From Candidatus Caldarchaeum sp. (GTDB lineage: Archaea; Thermoproteota; Nitrososphaeria_A; Caldarchaeales; Caldarchaeaceae): a stretch of DNA of 64,000 nucleotides. The notes under the pieces are model-generated. The model was not told where the DNA came from, did no database searches, and saw nothing but the letters and a program-made list of their open reading frames with translations. Both the position numbers and the translations under genes were made by a program. Shown here one piece after another: positions 36,342 to 46,387 of the stretch (position 1 is the stretch's first letter; every line of letters starts with the position of its first letter). Where the stretch lies: contig JAVZZH010000003.1 in assembly GCA_038885755.1 (NCBI GenBank), positions 1 through 64,000 on the forward strand. The letters are read 5' to 3'.

Positions 36342-37673
36342 ATGTCGGCTTTCTCTTCGCTGGGGAAGACGTTGAAGGAGGCTTTTCAGAGGTTTCTCGC
36401 CTCGCCTTCAGCTGACAGGAATGCTGTTGAGGAGCTTGTGCGAGGTGTTCAGCGCTCGTTGTTGATGGCTGACGTCAAGGTGGAGCTGGTCAGCAGGCTC
36501 TCGGAGAGGATTAAGGAGAGGGCGTTGGCTGAAAAACTTCCTCCGGGCGTGAGCAGGAAGGACCACGTCGCTAAGATCGTTTACGAGGAGCTTACGTCGC
36601 TGCTGGGCAGAAAGCCGGTGAAACCCTTCCCCGACGGCAAAAAACCCTACGTCGTCATGCTGCTCGGAATTCAGGGGACGGGGAAGACGACCACTGCGGC
36701 CAAGCTGGCCAACTACCTCAAGGCAAGCGGCCACAAGGTTGGCGTTGTCTGCGCCGACACTTACAGGCCCGCCGCCTACGTCCAGCTGCAGCAGCTGCTG
36801 AAGCCGAGAGGAGTTGAGGTTTACGGGGAGCCGGGCGTCAGCGACCCCGTCGAAATAGCGCGCAGAGGGGTTGAGTTCTTCAGGACCATGGGCGTGGACT
36901 TCATCATAGTGGACACAGCAGGTAGGCACAGGAGTCAGGAGGAGTTGATGGATGAGATGAGGAGGCTGGGGAAGGCTATTCAGCCCGATGAGAACATCCT
37001 CGTCATAGACGGGACGATCGGGCAGCAGGCGGGTGTTCACGCAGCTGCTTTCCACGAAGCGGCTCCCGTAGGCTCGATCATCGTCACGAAGCTGGATACT
37101 TCTGCGAAGGGCGGTGGCGCGCTTTCGGCTGTCGCCGAAACAGGTGCTGTCGTGAAGTTCATAGGAGTGGGTGAGGCGGTGGAGGACTTTGAGCCGTTCA
37201 ACCCGGGCGGCTATGTGGCCTCCCTGCTTGGAATGCCTGACATCGAGAGCCTTGTCGAGAGGGTGAGGACAGCCGAGGTTGAGATGGATGAGGAGCGTAT
37301 GAAAACAATTCTGACGGGAAGGTTCACGCTGGAGGACATGGTCAACCAGCTGAGCAGCCTGACCAAGCTAGGGCCTCTCAAGAAAATACTCGGCAAGCTC
37401 TCGCTGCCCGGCGTGGACGCCTTGTCCGACACCGAGTTCGAGAAGGCGGAGGAGAGGATCAAGAAGTGGACGGCGGTAGTCAAGTCGATGACGGCGGAGG
37501 AGAAGCAGGAGCCGGCCATCATAGACAGCTCGAGAATCAGGAGGATCGCCCGCGGAGCCGGCGTCTCGGAGAGAGATGTCCGGGAGCTTCTCAAAAGCTA
37601 CCAAGCTTCCCGTAAGATGATGAAGGACAGGAAGATTCGTCAAATCCTCCGGCAGGGTAGGGGGCTAGCCTAG
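36342..37673 (+). CDS. srp54: Signal recognition particle protein SRP54
   Basis: [28 protein letters not shown] and M-domain SMT..E...SRI.RIARG.G. Confidence 0.97.
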   Translation: MSAFSSLGKTLKEAFQRFLASPSADRNAVEELVRGVQRSLLMADVKVELVSRLSERIKERALAEKLPPGVSRKDHVAKIVYEELTSLLGRKPVKPFPDGKKPYVVMLLGIQGTGKTTTAAKLANYLKASGHKVGVVCADTYRPAAYVQLQQLLKPRGVEVYGEPGVSDPVEIARRGVEFFRTMGVDFIIVDTAGRHRSQEELMDEMRRLGKAIQPDENILVIDGTIGQQAGVHAAAFHEAAPVGSIIVTKLDTSAKGGGALSAVAETGAVVKFIGVGEAVEDFEPFNPGGYVASLLGMPDIESLVERVRTAEVEMDEERMKTILTGRFTLEDMVNQLSSLTKLGPLKKILGKLSLPGVDALSDTEFEKAEERIKKWTAVVKSMTAEEKQEPAIIDSSRIRRIARGAGVSERDVRELLKSYQASRKMMKDRKIRQILRQGRGLA

Positions 37674-38984
37674 TTGAAATCCATCGCCCAGCTGGCCGTC
37701 GAGCTGCTCAAGTCAGGGGCTCTCTGCGACTATTGTCTAGGCCGTCAGTTCGCAAGGCTGGGCTACGGTCTTTCGAACAGGGAGAAGGGTAGGGCGCTTA
37801 AGGTGGCGTTGTTGATGGAGGCGGTCAAGAACAGGGATGAAGGGCTTGTCAAGCTGCTGGCCGAGAACGGGGGAGTGGAGGAGGCTGCTCTCCAGCTGGG
37901 GCTGAGCAAGCCTGAAGGGTTTGTCTGCAGCGTCTGCGGCGGCTCTCTGTCCGAGAAGAACCTGCGCGAAATCGCTGATATGGTTGTGAAGATGCTGGAA
38001 GGCTACGAGTTTACGACATTCTTGGTGGGGGCCTCGGTCCCCTCCGAGGTGAGGGAGAGGGAGGACAGCCTGCGGGCGGCGCTCGGGCTTTCCGAAGCCG
38101 AGGACATCAAGAACGACGCGACGAGAGAGGTTGGAAAGCTGCTGGCAGCCATCACGGGGAAGAAAGCAGACCACGCTCATCCAGACATAACCATCGTCGT
38201 CGACATCTTCTCAAAGACCTGCAGAATAATCTCAAACCCTCTGTTCCTCAAGGGCAGGTACCTGAAACACAGCCGGCAGCTGCCGCAGTCGCCGTGGTCC
38301 TGCAGGAGATGCTGGGGGAAGGGATGCCATTCATGCGGGTTTACGGGGCGCGAGTATCCCACGAGCGTGGCCGAGCTTGTGGGAGAGCCTGCGAGGAGGC
38401 TTTTCCAAGCCGAGAGGTACAAGTTCCACGCAGCTGGGCGAGAGGATGTCGACGCCCTTGTCAAGCATGAAGGCCGGCCGTTCGTGCTTGAGCTGAGCAG
38501 GCCGAGGGTGAGGTCTGTACCGTTCAAAGTTGTCGAAGAAACCATCAACGAAGAGGCTCGCGGACTGGTCGAGGTTAGAATAGAGTCGCTGGCCAGCAGG
38601 AAGGAGGTGAGAACGCTTAAGTCAACCTCTGCGTTGACGAGCAAAACCTACGAGGTGAGAGCTTTCTTCGAGGACGAGCTGGACGCTGAGCGGGTCAGGA
38701 GGCTGGAGGAGTTTTTCAGGAACCGAGTGGTTGAGCAGAGAACACCTACCCGTGTTCTCGGACGCAGGAGCGACAGGCTGCGGCGTAAGATGGTCTACTG
38801 GGTTGAGGCGACCTTGGTAGAGGGCAGGGAGGCGGTGTTCAAGATACGCTGTCAGGGCGGCCTGTACGTCAAGGAGCTTGTGACCGGAGATTCCGGCCGA
38901 ACAGTTCCGAGCTTCGCCGAGCTGCTGCAAGCCGTCCCCACACGCCTAGAGCTCACCGTCCTGGCGGTCGAGACTCAGCCGTAA
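37674..38984 (+). CDS. pus10: tRNA pseudouridine(54/55) synthase Pus10
   Basis: CDYCLGR, GRYLK, FHAAGREDVD, QRTP.RV and GGLYVKEL..GD.GRT.PS. Confidence 0.95.
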   Translation: MKSIAQLAVELLKSGALCDYCLGRQFARLGYGLSNREKGRALKVALLMEAVKNRDEGLVKLLAENGGVEEAALQLGLSKPEGFVCSVCGGSLSEKNLREIADMVVKMLEGYEFTTFLVGASVPSEVREREDSLRAALGLSEAEDIKNDATREVGKLLAAITGKKADHAHPDITIVVDIFSKTCRIISNPLFLKGRYLKHSRQLPQSPWSCRRCWGKGCHSCGFTGREYPTSVAELVGEPARRLFQAERYKFHAAGREDVDALVKHEGRPFVLELSRPRVRSVPFKVVEETINEEARGLVEVRIESLASRKEVRTLKSTSALTSKTYEVRAFFEDELDAERVRRLEEFFRNRVVEQRTPTRVLGRRSDRLRRKMVYWVEATLVEGREAVFKIRCQGGLYVKELVTGDSGRTVPSFAELLQAVPTRLELTVLAVETQP

Positions 38985-39028
38985 ATGCTTTTATCATAGT
39001 AGATAAGTAGTTTCTGCGGTAAGCGGGA

Positions 39029-39322
39029 ATGGCCACCTCCAGAGGCTTCAGGAGAAAGTCTAGAGGATATCTTCTAAGGCCCAGAGGGTCTAGGAGCGGG
39101 CCTACTCCCGACATCTACCTAAGGGAGTACAGCGTCGGAGACAGGGTTTACATCACGATAAACCCCAGCGTGCAGAAAGGCTCGCCGCACAGGAGATACC
39201 ACGGAAGGGTGGGGGAGGTGGTGGAGAAGCGTGGAAGGGGATACATCGTCGCCGTCAAAGTCGGGAACAAGGAGAAAAAGCTCTCTCTCCTGCCCGACCA
39301 CATCAGCGGAGTAGTGGTTTAA
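39029..39322 (+). CDS. rpl21e: Ribosomal protein L21e
   Basis: S.G.RR..R and KG.PHRRYHG..G. Confidence 0.96.
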   Translation: MATSRGFRRKSRGYLLRPRGSRSGPTPDIYLREYSVGDRVYITINPSVQKGSPHRRYHGRVGEVVEKRGRGYIVAVKVGNKEKKLSLLPDHISGVVV

Positions 39323-39325
39323 CGG

Positions 39326-39682
39326 ATGGCTAGACGAATAGTCTCCAGAACAGAGGTCCCTATCGCATACGTCGCAGACCTTCTAGAGAAGCAGCAGCCC
39401 AACCTCACCACGCTGCAGGCTCGTGTGCTGCAGTACTGCAGGAAATACACGAAGCTGCAGGCGGACCAGGCTGAGAAACTCGTCGAAAAACTTGTCAACG
39501 AGGTTGGTTTGACGAGGAGGGAGGCTGTGCAAGTGGCTGATATTTGTCCGACGACGGTTGACGAGCTGCGGGCTGTGCTGAGCGGATACAAGAGGCTAGT
39601 CTCGTTTCTTCTCTTCTCCGAGGAGAAGATGAAGACAGTTATCAGCCTCGTCGAAGACGCTCTCAACAACCGGCTAAAGTGA
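39326..39682 (+). CDS. rpo4: RNA polymerase subunit Rpo4 (F)
   Basis: A.Q.ADICP.T.DELRA.L; conserved position between rpl21e and DUF655. Confidence 0.92.
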   Translation: MARRIVSRTEVPIAYVADLLEKQQPNLTTLQARVLQYCRKYTKLQADQAEKLVEKLVNEVGLTRREAVQVADICPTTVDELRAVLSGYKRLVSFLLFSEEKMKTVISLVEDALNNRLK

Positions 39683-40287
39683 GAGCAGAGAAAACCATGC
39701 AGCGTCAAAAACGTTACGAAGATTATGGATATGTTTTAGACGTCTTCCCAGCCGCTCAACACCGTAGGGGCGGGCAGAGGTTCGTCCACGACAAGAACGA
39801 ATACGTGGTGCAGCTTCTCGGCGAGGACTTCTTCACCCTGCTCGAGGTAGCTGTCAACGAGAAGTTCAAGCCTAAGCTGGGGACACGTATCTACATAGGC
39901 CGTGATGTTCCAAGGGAGATTATGAGGATCTTGAGACGCATTGGTTTTGACGAGTTGACCGAGACGGCGGTGTCCAACCTCGAGCCGGCGATACGAAAAG
40001 TGGTAGAGGAGAACCCGCAGCGGTTCATCGACTTCATAAACAACAGCGGCCTTCTAACGCCGAGGCTGCACGCGCTGGAGCTGATACCTGGAGTGGGGAA
40101 GAAGATGCTCCAAAAGTTTTTACAGGAACGCGACGCAGCGAGGTTCCAGAGCTTCGAGGATGTCAAGAACCGTACAGGCCACCCCAACCCAGTTGAAGCC
40201 TTCTGCAAGCGGATACTTCAGGAGCTTAAAGATAAGGAGGAAAAATACAGGATGTTTGTCAGAGAGCCTTCGAGGGAGGAGTTTTAA
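39679..40287 (+). CDS. DUF655 HhH nucleic-acid-binding protein
   Basis: YE.Y.YVLD, GEDFFTLLE and R.HALELIPG.GKK. Confidence 0.92.
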   Translation: MRAEKTMQRQKRYEDYGYVLDVFPAAQHRRGGQRFVHDKNEYVVQLLGEDFFTLLEVAVNEKFKPKLGTRIYIGRDVPREIMRILRRIGFDELTETAVSNLEPAIRKVVEENPQRFIDFINNSGLLTPRLHALELIPGVGKKMLQKFLQERDAARFQSFEDVKNRTGHPNPVEAFCKRILQELKDKEEKYRMFVREPSREEF

Positions 40288-41081
40288 CGTCCCTTGAACT
40301 GCGGCTCTCTCTTCTCGTAGAACCTCGCGCGAATACCCTCCTTCAGGTCCTCTGTATGAAACATGAGTATCGATTCTTTCAGCTGGTACTCCATCCCCTC
40401 GTCAACCGGCATCTCGCCGCCCAGGTTCACGCAGGCCTTCGTAGCGCCCACAGCAAGCGGAGCGTTCTTGTTTATGCGCCTCGCCAAGGCCAGCGCCTCC
40501 TCCATCAGCTTCTCGTGTGGGACGACTTTGTTGACGAAGCCGAGACGATACCCCTCCTCAGCTGAAACCCATTCACCGGTGAACAGGAAGTATTTGGCCC
40601 AGTATTTGCTGAGGAAGCGTGGAAGCCGAACTGTTATGCCTGCGCCCGGGCTAACCCCTATCGAGACCTCCGGGAGGCCGAACTTAGCGTTCTGACTAGC
40701 TACGACGAGGTCGACGGCTTGGATTACCTCTATGTTGCAGAACCCGTTGACGGCTGCTATGATGGGCTTCCTCATCTTCTCCATGAAACGCCAGACATCG
40801 AGGTTGAACCTGTTGAACTTCTCTATCTCAGGTATTTTGCCGGCTTCGACGTTCGCCAGAAATTCCTTGGCGTCGCCGCCCGAGCAGAAGGCTTTGTCCC
40901 CCGCCCCCGTTATGATGATTGACCAGACCTCTGGGTCTTCGGCAGCCTTGTGCAGGGCGTCGTTGAACTCGGTCAGCATGGCAACGCTCATCGCGTTCCG
41001 GGCTTCGGGCCTGTTGAAAGTTATGACGGCCACCTTGTCCTCGGGACGCTTCTCATAGATTATGTTCTTGTACTCGATCAC
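40284..41081 (-). CDS. Enoyl-CoA hydratase/isomerase family
   Basis: NRPE.RNA, AFCSGGD, KP.IAAVNG and FGLPEV..G. Confidence 0.93.
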   Translation of the reverse strand: MIEYKNIIYEKRPEDKVAVITFNRPEARNAMSVAMLTEFNDALHKAAEDPEVWSIIITGAGDKAFCSGGDAKEFLANVEAGKIPEIEKFNRFNLDVWRFMEKMRKPIIAAVNGFCNIEVIQAVDLVVASQNAKFGLPEVSIGVSPGAGITVRLPRFLSKYWAKYFLFTGEWVSAEEGYRLGFVNKVVPHEKLMEEALALARRINKNAPLAVGATKACVNLGGEMPVDEGMEYQLKESILMFHTEDLKEGIRARFYEKREPQFKGR

Positions 41082-41328
41082 GGAATCAGTGTTCCACTGG
41101 ATGTTTTAAACCTTTATACGGGCTTTTTCCTGCGTCTGGATGTGGAAGCGTTGCTTGGATTGTCTCCAAGAAGTTCGGCGGGATCACGGCTCTGAACATC
41201 CCCCTGTTCGTCTCAGCTACAGCCGTCAACACGGAGAAGAGCTGTACACCAGCAGGTTCGTTGAGAGAACCGGCGGCTATACCCATGTATGCTGAAAACC
41301 TATTAGCTGTTGTTTTTCATGGCTGAAT

Positions 41329-42561
41329 GTGTTGGAGCCGCTCAAGGGTGTAAAGGTTGTTGAAGTAGGCACGGCTATAGCCGCGCCGCTCTGCACGTTG
41401 CTTCTCTCGGAGATGGGTGCCGAGGTTGTCAAGGTTGAGAACACGAGCAGAGGCGATGACGCGAGGTTTATGGGTAAGCTTGTGAACGGCGAGAGCCTTT
41501 ACTTCTTCCACTACAACAAGAACAAGAGAAGCTTGGCCGTCGACCTTAAGACGGAGAAGGGCCGTGAAATCCTCGCCAAGCTCGTCGAGGGCTCGGACGT
41601 GTTCGTCGAGAACTTCAGGCCGGGGGTGATGAAGAGGCTGGGATTGTCGTACGAGGACTTGAGGAAAATCAACAAACGGCTGGTTTACTGCTCCGTCTCG
41701 GGCTTCGGCCAGACAGGGCCCTACTCGGAGCTGGCGGGCTACGACATAGTTGTACAGGCTATGTCGGGATTGATGTCGGTGACAGGCTTTCCGGATGGGG
41801 AGCCTCTCCGCGCAGGCATACCCGTCGCAGACATTCTGGCCGCCGTCAACGCGGCTATGGCTGTCTGCGCAGCTCTCTTCCAGAGGGAGAGGACGGGTGA
41901 GGGAACGTATATCGATGTTTCGCTTTTCGAGGCAGGGGTTGCGGCGATGGGCCAGTGGATAAGCACCTACGTGGGAAGCGGCGAGCTTCCGACGAGGTAC
42001 GGCAACAAGTATCCGGCGATAGCTCCCTACGAGGTGTTCAAGGCCTCTGACGGCTGGCTGGTTGTAGGAGTAGGCAACGAGAAGCACTGGCGGCAGCTGT
42101 GCTCTGTGCTGGGCAGGATGGACCTGCTGGAGGACCCGAGGTTCAGAGACAACCAGAGCAGGATAAAACCCTCGAACAGGGAGGCTTTGGAGGAGGAGTT
42201 GAACAGGATTTTCCCCGTCCGGACCGTGAAGGAGTGGGTTGAGCTACTCCAGCGCTCCGGAGTACCGTCGGGGCCCGTCAACACAGTCAAAGACCTTCTA
42301 GAAGACCCTCACGTCAAGGCCCGCGGCGTTCTGGCGAAGGTTGAACATCCACGGCTGGGCGTGATGACCGCCGTTAGGTCTGCGCCTTTCCAAGCCTGTG
42401 GACAAGCTTTCTACAGGCCGTCTCCTCTCCACGGCCAGCACACGGAGGAGGTGTTGAAACAGCTGGGGTACAGCAGCGCGGAGGTTGAGGAGCTTGAGAG
42501 GCTGGGCGTCGTGAAGCTGTTCAGGCCGTCGGATAAACAATATATTAACCCGCAGGGATGA
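41329..42561 (+). CDS. CaiB/BaiF family III CoA-transferase
   Basis: GAEVVKVE, NK.KRS..VDLK, ENFRPG, SGFGQTGP and GYD..VQAMSG. Confidence 0.95.
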   Translation: MLEPLKGVKVVEVGTAIAAPLCTLLLSEMGAEVVKVENTSRGDDARFMGKLVNGESLYFFHYNKNKRSLAVDLKTEKGREILAKLVEGSDVFVENFRPGVMKRLGLSYEDLRKINKRLVYCSVSGFGQTGPYSELAGYDIVVQAMSGLMSVTGFPDGEPLRAGIPVADILAAVNAAMAVCAALFQRERTGEGTYIDVSLFEAGVAAMGQWISTYVGSGELPTRYGNKYPAIAPYEVFKASDGWLVVGVGNEKHWRQLCSVLGRMDLLEDPRFRDNQSRIKPSNREALEEELNRIFPVRTVKEWVELLQRSGVPSGPVNTVKDLLEDPHVKARGVLAKVEHPRLGVMTAVRSAPFQACGQAFYRPSPLHGQHTEEVLKQLGYSSAEVEELERLGVVKLFRPSDKQYINPQG

Positions 42562-42567
42562 GTCGGC

Positions 42568-43386
42568 GTGAACACCGTGGAGGATGTTATTCAGGCTCTT
42601 CTGTCGGCTAAGGTTTACGACCTCGGCCAGCCCTACTTCAACGGCATGCCCGTCCACCCCGAAGACCCGCCCTACTCGATGGTGATATACAGGTATCATC
42701 AGTTCACCAAGCAGTTGTTCGAGAAGGTTGCGCCCGGTTTCTCGGACTCGATGGAGCTTGTGATAACCAGCATGCATTCAGGAACTCACATAGATGCGAA
42801 ATGCCACATGGCTCGGGACGGGCTTCTCCACCAAGGAGTCAAGGCGAACGAGATAGTCAAGCACACGGGCTACACTCGCTACGGAACCGAGGAGATACCG
42901 CTCTACGTGAAACGAGCCGTGCTGTTTGACGTGCCAGCTTCGAAGGGCCTCGACATCCTTCCTCCGCGATACGGGATAACCGCTGAAGACCTCGAGAAAT
43001 GCCTCGAGCTCGAGGGCGTCAAGCTGAACGAGGGAGACGTGGCTCTGGTCAGGACAGGCTATTCACGCTTCTTCACGACAGACAAGGAGAAGTACCTCCA
43101 CGACTTCGCAGGCATAACCGAGGACAGCGCTAGATGGCTCATCGACAGACGGATATCTCTGCTGGGCATAGACAACCTAGCCATGGCGGTGCCCAAACCC
43201 TTCAACGTCCACCTAATGTTCCTGGTCGACGCAGGCATACATGTGATGAAGAGCCTCTACCTCGAAGAGTTGGCGAGGGACAGGATGTATGTCTCGGCTG
43301 TTGTGGTTGCTCCTTTGAAGGTCGTGGGTGGTACGGGTTCCTTGGTGAGGCCTGTGGCTCTTGGTTTTAGGGAAAAAGTTAAGTGA
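42568..43386 (+). CDS. Cyclase family (kynurenine formamidase-like) hydrolase
   Basis: HSGTHIDA..H, VRTG, GIDN and PLK..GGTGS.VRP. Confidence 0.9.
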   Translation: MNTVEDVIQALLSAKVYDLGQPYFNGMPVHPEDPPYSMVIYRYHQFTKQLFEKVAPGFSDSMELVITSMHSGTHIDAKCHMARDGLLHQGVKANEIVKHTGYTRYGTEEIPLYVKRAVLFDVPASKGLDILPPRYGITAEDLEKCLELEGVKLNEGDVALVRTGYSRFFTTDKEKYLHDFAGITEDSARWLIDRRISLLGIDNLAMAVPKPFNVHLMFLVDAGIHVMKSLYLEELARDRMYVSAVVVAPLKVVGGTGSLVRPVALGFREKVK

Positions 43387-43409
43387 TGAAGCGTTTAGGA
43401 TAGCTTGAT

Positions 43410-43745
43410 TTGGTGGACAAACCGATAAGACGGCTGTTCTGGTGGCTGCTGCTCGGAACTAAGGGAGGGCCGACGAGGCTGTTGATACTCATGCTTTTGA
43501 GGAACGGGGCGGCCAACGCCAACAAAATAGCCTCCACTCTACAGCTAAACTACAAAACAGTCCAGCATCACCTAGAAGTCATGCTCGAGAACGGGTTCGT
43601 CGAGGCTGAAGGGCAGCGTTACGACATCAAGTACAGGCTAGCCCCCATAGTCCTCGAGAACATGGACGTCCTAGAATCAATCATTCAGGAAGCTCTGTCG
43701 TCGAAACAGGCCAAGGCGAACCTCGTATGGGACCGCTCTGGCTGA
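43410..43745 (+). CDS. ArsR-like winged-helix regulator
   Basis: WWLL.GTKGG.TR and NAN.IA..L.LNYKTVQHHL.V. Confidence 0.9.
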   Translation: MVDKPIRRLFWWLLLGTKGGPTRLLILMLLRNGAANANKIASTLQLNYKTVQHHLEVMLENGFVEAEGQRYDIKYRLAPIVLENMDVLESIIQEALSSKQAKANLVWDRSG

Positions 43746-44011
43746 CGAACATCATCATATCCATAATGATAATCCTCGCCCTAATGTACTCGCTGAGGAA
43801 CTACCTGCTGACGAGAAGGCTTGCACGGACCAAGTTCACCAACGCCCTCGTAGCGCTCACAGCAATCTTCCTCATCCAGCACATGTACGCCGCCTACATG
43901 TTTTACATGCTTTCGTGGAGCGAGGGCACCGAGATAGCCTATCCGCTGCTGATGCTAAACTTGCTCGGCTTCGCAGGGTTCAGCATCTTCGTCTACTTGT
44001 CGAGGGCGTAG
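43727..44011 (+). CDS. Small three-TM protein coupled to the wHTH gene
   Basis: Hydrophobic helices; overlaps the wHTH stop. Confidence 0.75.
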   Translation: MGPLWLTNIIISIMIILALMYSLRNYLLTRRLARTKFTNALVALTAIFLIQHMYAAYMFYMLSWSEGTEIAYPLLMLNLLGFAGFSIFVYLSRA

Positions 44012-44955
44012 AGCCAGCACTTCACAGTAGACCTGCCAGCCTCGACGTCGGAGGGTTTTTCAACCACGCACCTGTCGAAGACCTGAGGGCAGCGTGGATG
44101 GAACCTACATCCAGTAGGAGGGTTGGACAGGTCTGGCGGAGCCCCTGAGATGTACTCGATCGTCCTCGGGCCTCTCAGCCTTGGAATGGACTTCAGAAGC
44201 TTCTGCGTGTAGGGGTGCAGCGGCGTGGCGAGAACGTCGTCAGAACTTCCGTACTCGACAACCTCCCCCGCATACATCACAGCCACCGAGTCAGCTATGT
44301 CGCTAACCAACGCCAAGTCATGCGTTATGAAGATCATCGAGAGACCCAGCTCTCTCTTCAGCTTCTTCAGAAGGTTCATGACCTGTGTTTGGATGGAGAC
44401 GTCGAGGGCTGAGGTCGGCTCGTCGAGAATCACGAGCTGGGGGTTCATAACGAGGGCCATAGCTATCATGGCTCTCTGCTTCATGCCCCCGCTAAGCTCA
44501 TGCGGATACCTGTCGGCAATCTCCTCAGACAGCCCGACCTGCTTGAAAAGCCTCCCGACGGTCTTCAAAGCCTCCTCAAGCTTGACCCCCTCCTTGAATA
44601 CGAGAGGTTCGGCTACTTGAAGGCCTATCTTGAGCACGGGGTTGAAGCTGTTCATCGCTCCTTGGAAGACCATCGAGATTACTTTCCAACGTATTTCGCT
44701 GTCGAATTTCTTGGCGTCGAGGGAGAAGACGTCAACTCCGTGCAGGAAGGCTTTGCCCTCGAAGTGCGAAACGTTGCTCGGAAGCATCCTCATCAACGCC
44801 AGCCCCGTGCTCGTCTTCCCGCAGCCTGACTCGCCCACCAAGCCCAGAGCCTCAGCCTCTCCAACCCTGAACCCAACTCCGTCAACAGCCTTCACAACCC
44901 TGCCAGCCGACGAATAGTAGACCTTCAGCCCCTCGACACGAAGAACTTCAGCCAA
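43993..44955 (-). CDS. dppD: Oligo/dipeptide ABC transporter ATPase
   Basis: GESGCGKT, YPHELSGGMKQR, DEPTSALD, HPYT and GCRFHPRCP. Confidence 0.93.
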   Translation of the reverse strand: MAEVLRVEGLKVYYSSAGRVVKAVDGVGFRVGEAEALGLVGESGCGKTSTGLALMRMLPSNVSHFEGKAFLHGVDVFSLDAKKFDSEIRWKVISMVFQGAMNSFNPVLKIGLQVAEPLVFKEGVKLEEALKTVGRLFKQVGLSEEIADRYPHELSGGMKQRAMIAMALVMNPQLVILDEPTSALDVSIQTQVMNLLKKLKRELGLSMIFITHDLALVSDIADSVAVMYAGEVVEYGSSDDVLATPLHPYTQKLLKSIPRLRGPRTIEYISGAPPDLSNPPTGCRFHPRCPQVFDRCVVEKPSDVEAGRSTVKCWLYALDK

Positions 44956-46360
44956 CCCTTCTCAGCCTCGGGTTTACAACGGGTTCGAGACCTAGAGATA
45001 TCAGCACAAAGGTGAACGCGGTCAGGACGATCAGCAGGCCCGGCGGAAGAACCCACCACCAAAGCCCTAGGTTCATCCCACCGCTGCGGAAAGCATACTC
45101 GAGGATCTGGCCCCAGCTGGGCAGAGACGGGTCTCCCAGCCCGAGGAAGCTGAGCCCAGCCTCCGCTAGGATGGCTGAGGGTGTTGAGAATATCATCTGC
45201 GAGACGAGGAAGGGCGCTATCTGGGGTGTGATGTGTTTAAGAAGTATTCTCCTCCGGGGTACTCCAAGAGATTCAGCGGCTTCGACGTACTGCGCCGTCC
45301 TCGCCTGCAGGACTATTGACCTCACTATTACGGCTAGGCCTGACCAGCCGAAGGCCACGAGGATGAGGATTATGATCCATATGCTTGGCTTGAAGATGAA
45401 CGTGAAGAAGATGAGGAGGGGGAGAAGGGGTATGTTGTTGAGGACGTCGCAGGCCCTCTGAATGGCTTCGTCAACCCTGCCGCCCAAGTAGCCGCTGACC
45501 ATGCCGACGGACGAGCCTACGGCGGTCGTCAAAACCGCGGTCGCAACACCTATCAACAAGGCGACGGGAAAGCCGAACAACAACCCGGTCGCAAGGTCTC
45601 TGCCCAGCCTGTCGGTCCCGGCAAGCCCGTAGACCCTTCCGCCTGCGACAAACACCACACGCCCCACCACGTCGTCCGGACTGGCTCTCAAAACCCTCAC
45701 CCTCAAAACATAGTCCCCCGGAAGCGGGGCGAACCCTCCTCCCGACGGAGTTCCAAACAAAGCCCTCTCAACCCCCTCTCTCAGAACAAGCTCCGGCGAC
45801 ACTTTCACGCCGTAAGCCCGCTCGAGCTGCTGGCTGAGCTGCTGGCTTGCCTGAACGTCTCCGCTGACGTAGGCCCTGAGAGGTGTTTCATAGTTCCGCC
45901 GGTAGGGAGGAGTTTCTCCAGAGGCTGGCGGTGATGGGGTGATGGTGTAGAACAGGACCAGGGTTCCGTCGGGCCTCTGCAGCTCGAAAAGTATCACGGG
46001 CGGGCGTTCGGCGTACTTTATGCTGGCTGCTGATACTGAAACGAAGCTGGGGAAGCTGTCGTAGCGGTAGCTGAAGACAGCTGAGGCCTCGTCTCCGACG
46101 TTCTCCAAGACTATGGACACGTGGCGTGGAAGGGGCTTGGCGGTGAAGAGGTTCACCCACTCGGGAGCTGATTCTTTGGGGTTGTCAGCCCAGTAGGCCG
46201 GGTTATTCCAGTACCTTGTTCCGAAGTCGAGGGGATAGGTTGAGACGACGTAGGCCGACGCAATCACCTGCAGAGTCAAGAGGAACACGCCCGCCTTGGA
46301 GGTCTTCGACATCCAGAAGACTGACCAGCCTCCCCGCTGGGCCAACGTAGGCTCAACCAC
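44948..46360 (-). CDS. dppC: Oligo/dipeptide ABC permease with large extracellular loop
   Basis: GTD..GRD, YVEAA..LG (EAA), EAGLSFLGLG..SWG and WWW..PPG. Confidence 0.9.
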   Translation of the reverse strand: MVEPTLAQRGGWSVFWMSKTSKAGVFLLTLQVIASAYVVSTYPLDFGTRYWNNPAYWADNPKESAPEWVNLFTAKPLPRHVSIVLENVGDEASAVFSYRYDSFPSFVSVSAASIKYAERPPVILFELQRPDGTLVLFYTITPSPPASGETPPYRRNYETPLRAYVSGDVQASQQLSQQLERAYGVKVSPELVLREGVERALFGTPSGGGFAPLPGDYVLRVRVLRASPDDVVGRVVFVAGGRVYGLAGTDRLGRDLATGLLFGFPVALLIGVATAVLTTAVGSSVGMVSGYLGGRVDEAIQRACDVLNNIPLLPLLIFFTFIFKPSIWIIILILVAFGWSGLAVIVRSIVLQARTAQYVEAAESLGVPRRRILLKHITPQIAPFLVSQMIFSTPSAILAEAGLSFLGLGDPSLPSWGQILEYAFRSGGMNLGLWWWVLPPGLLIVLTAFTFVLISLGLEPVVNPRLRRVG

Positions 46361-46387
46361 CCCACGGTATTTGAGCGTGATCCGGCG

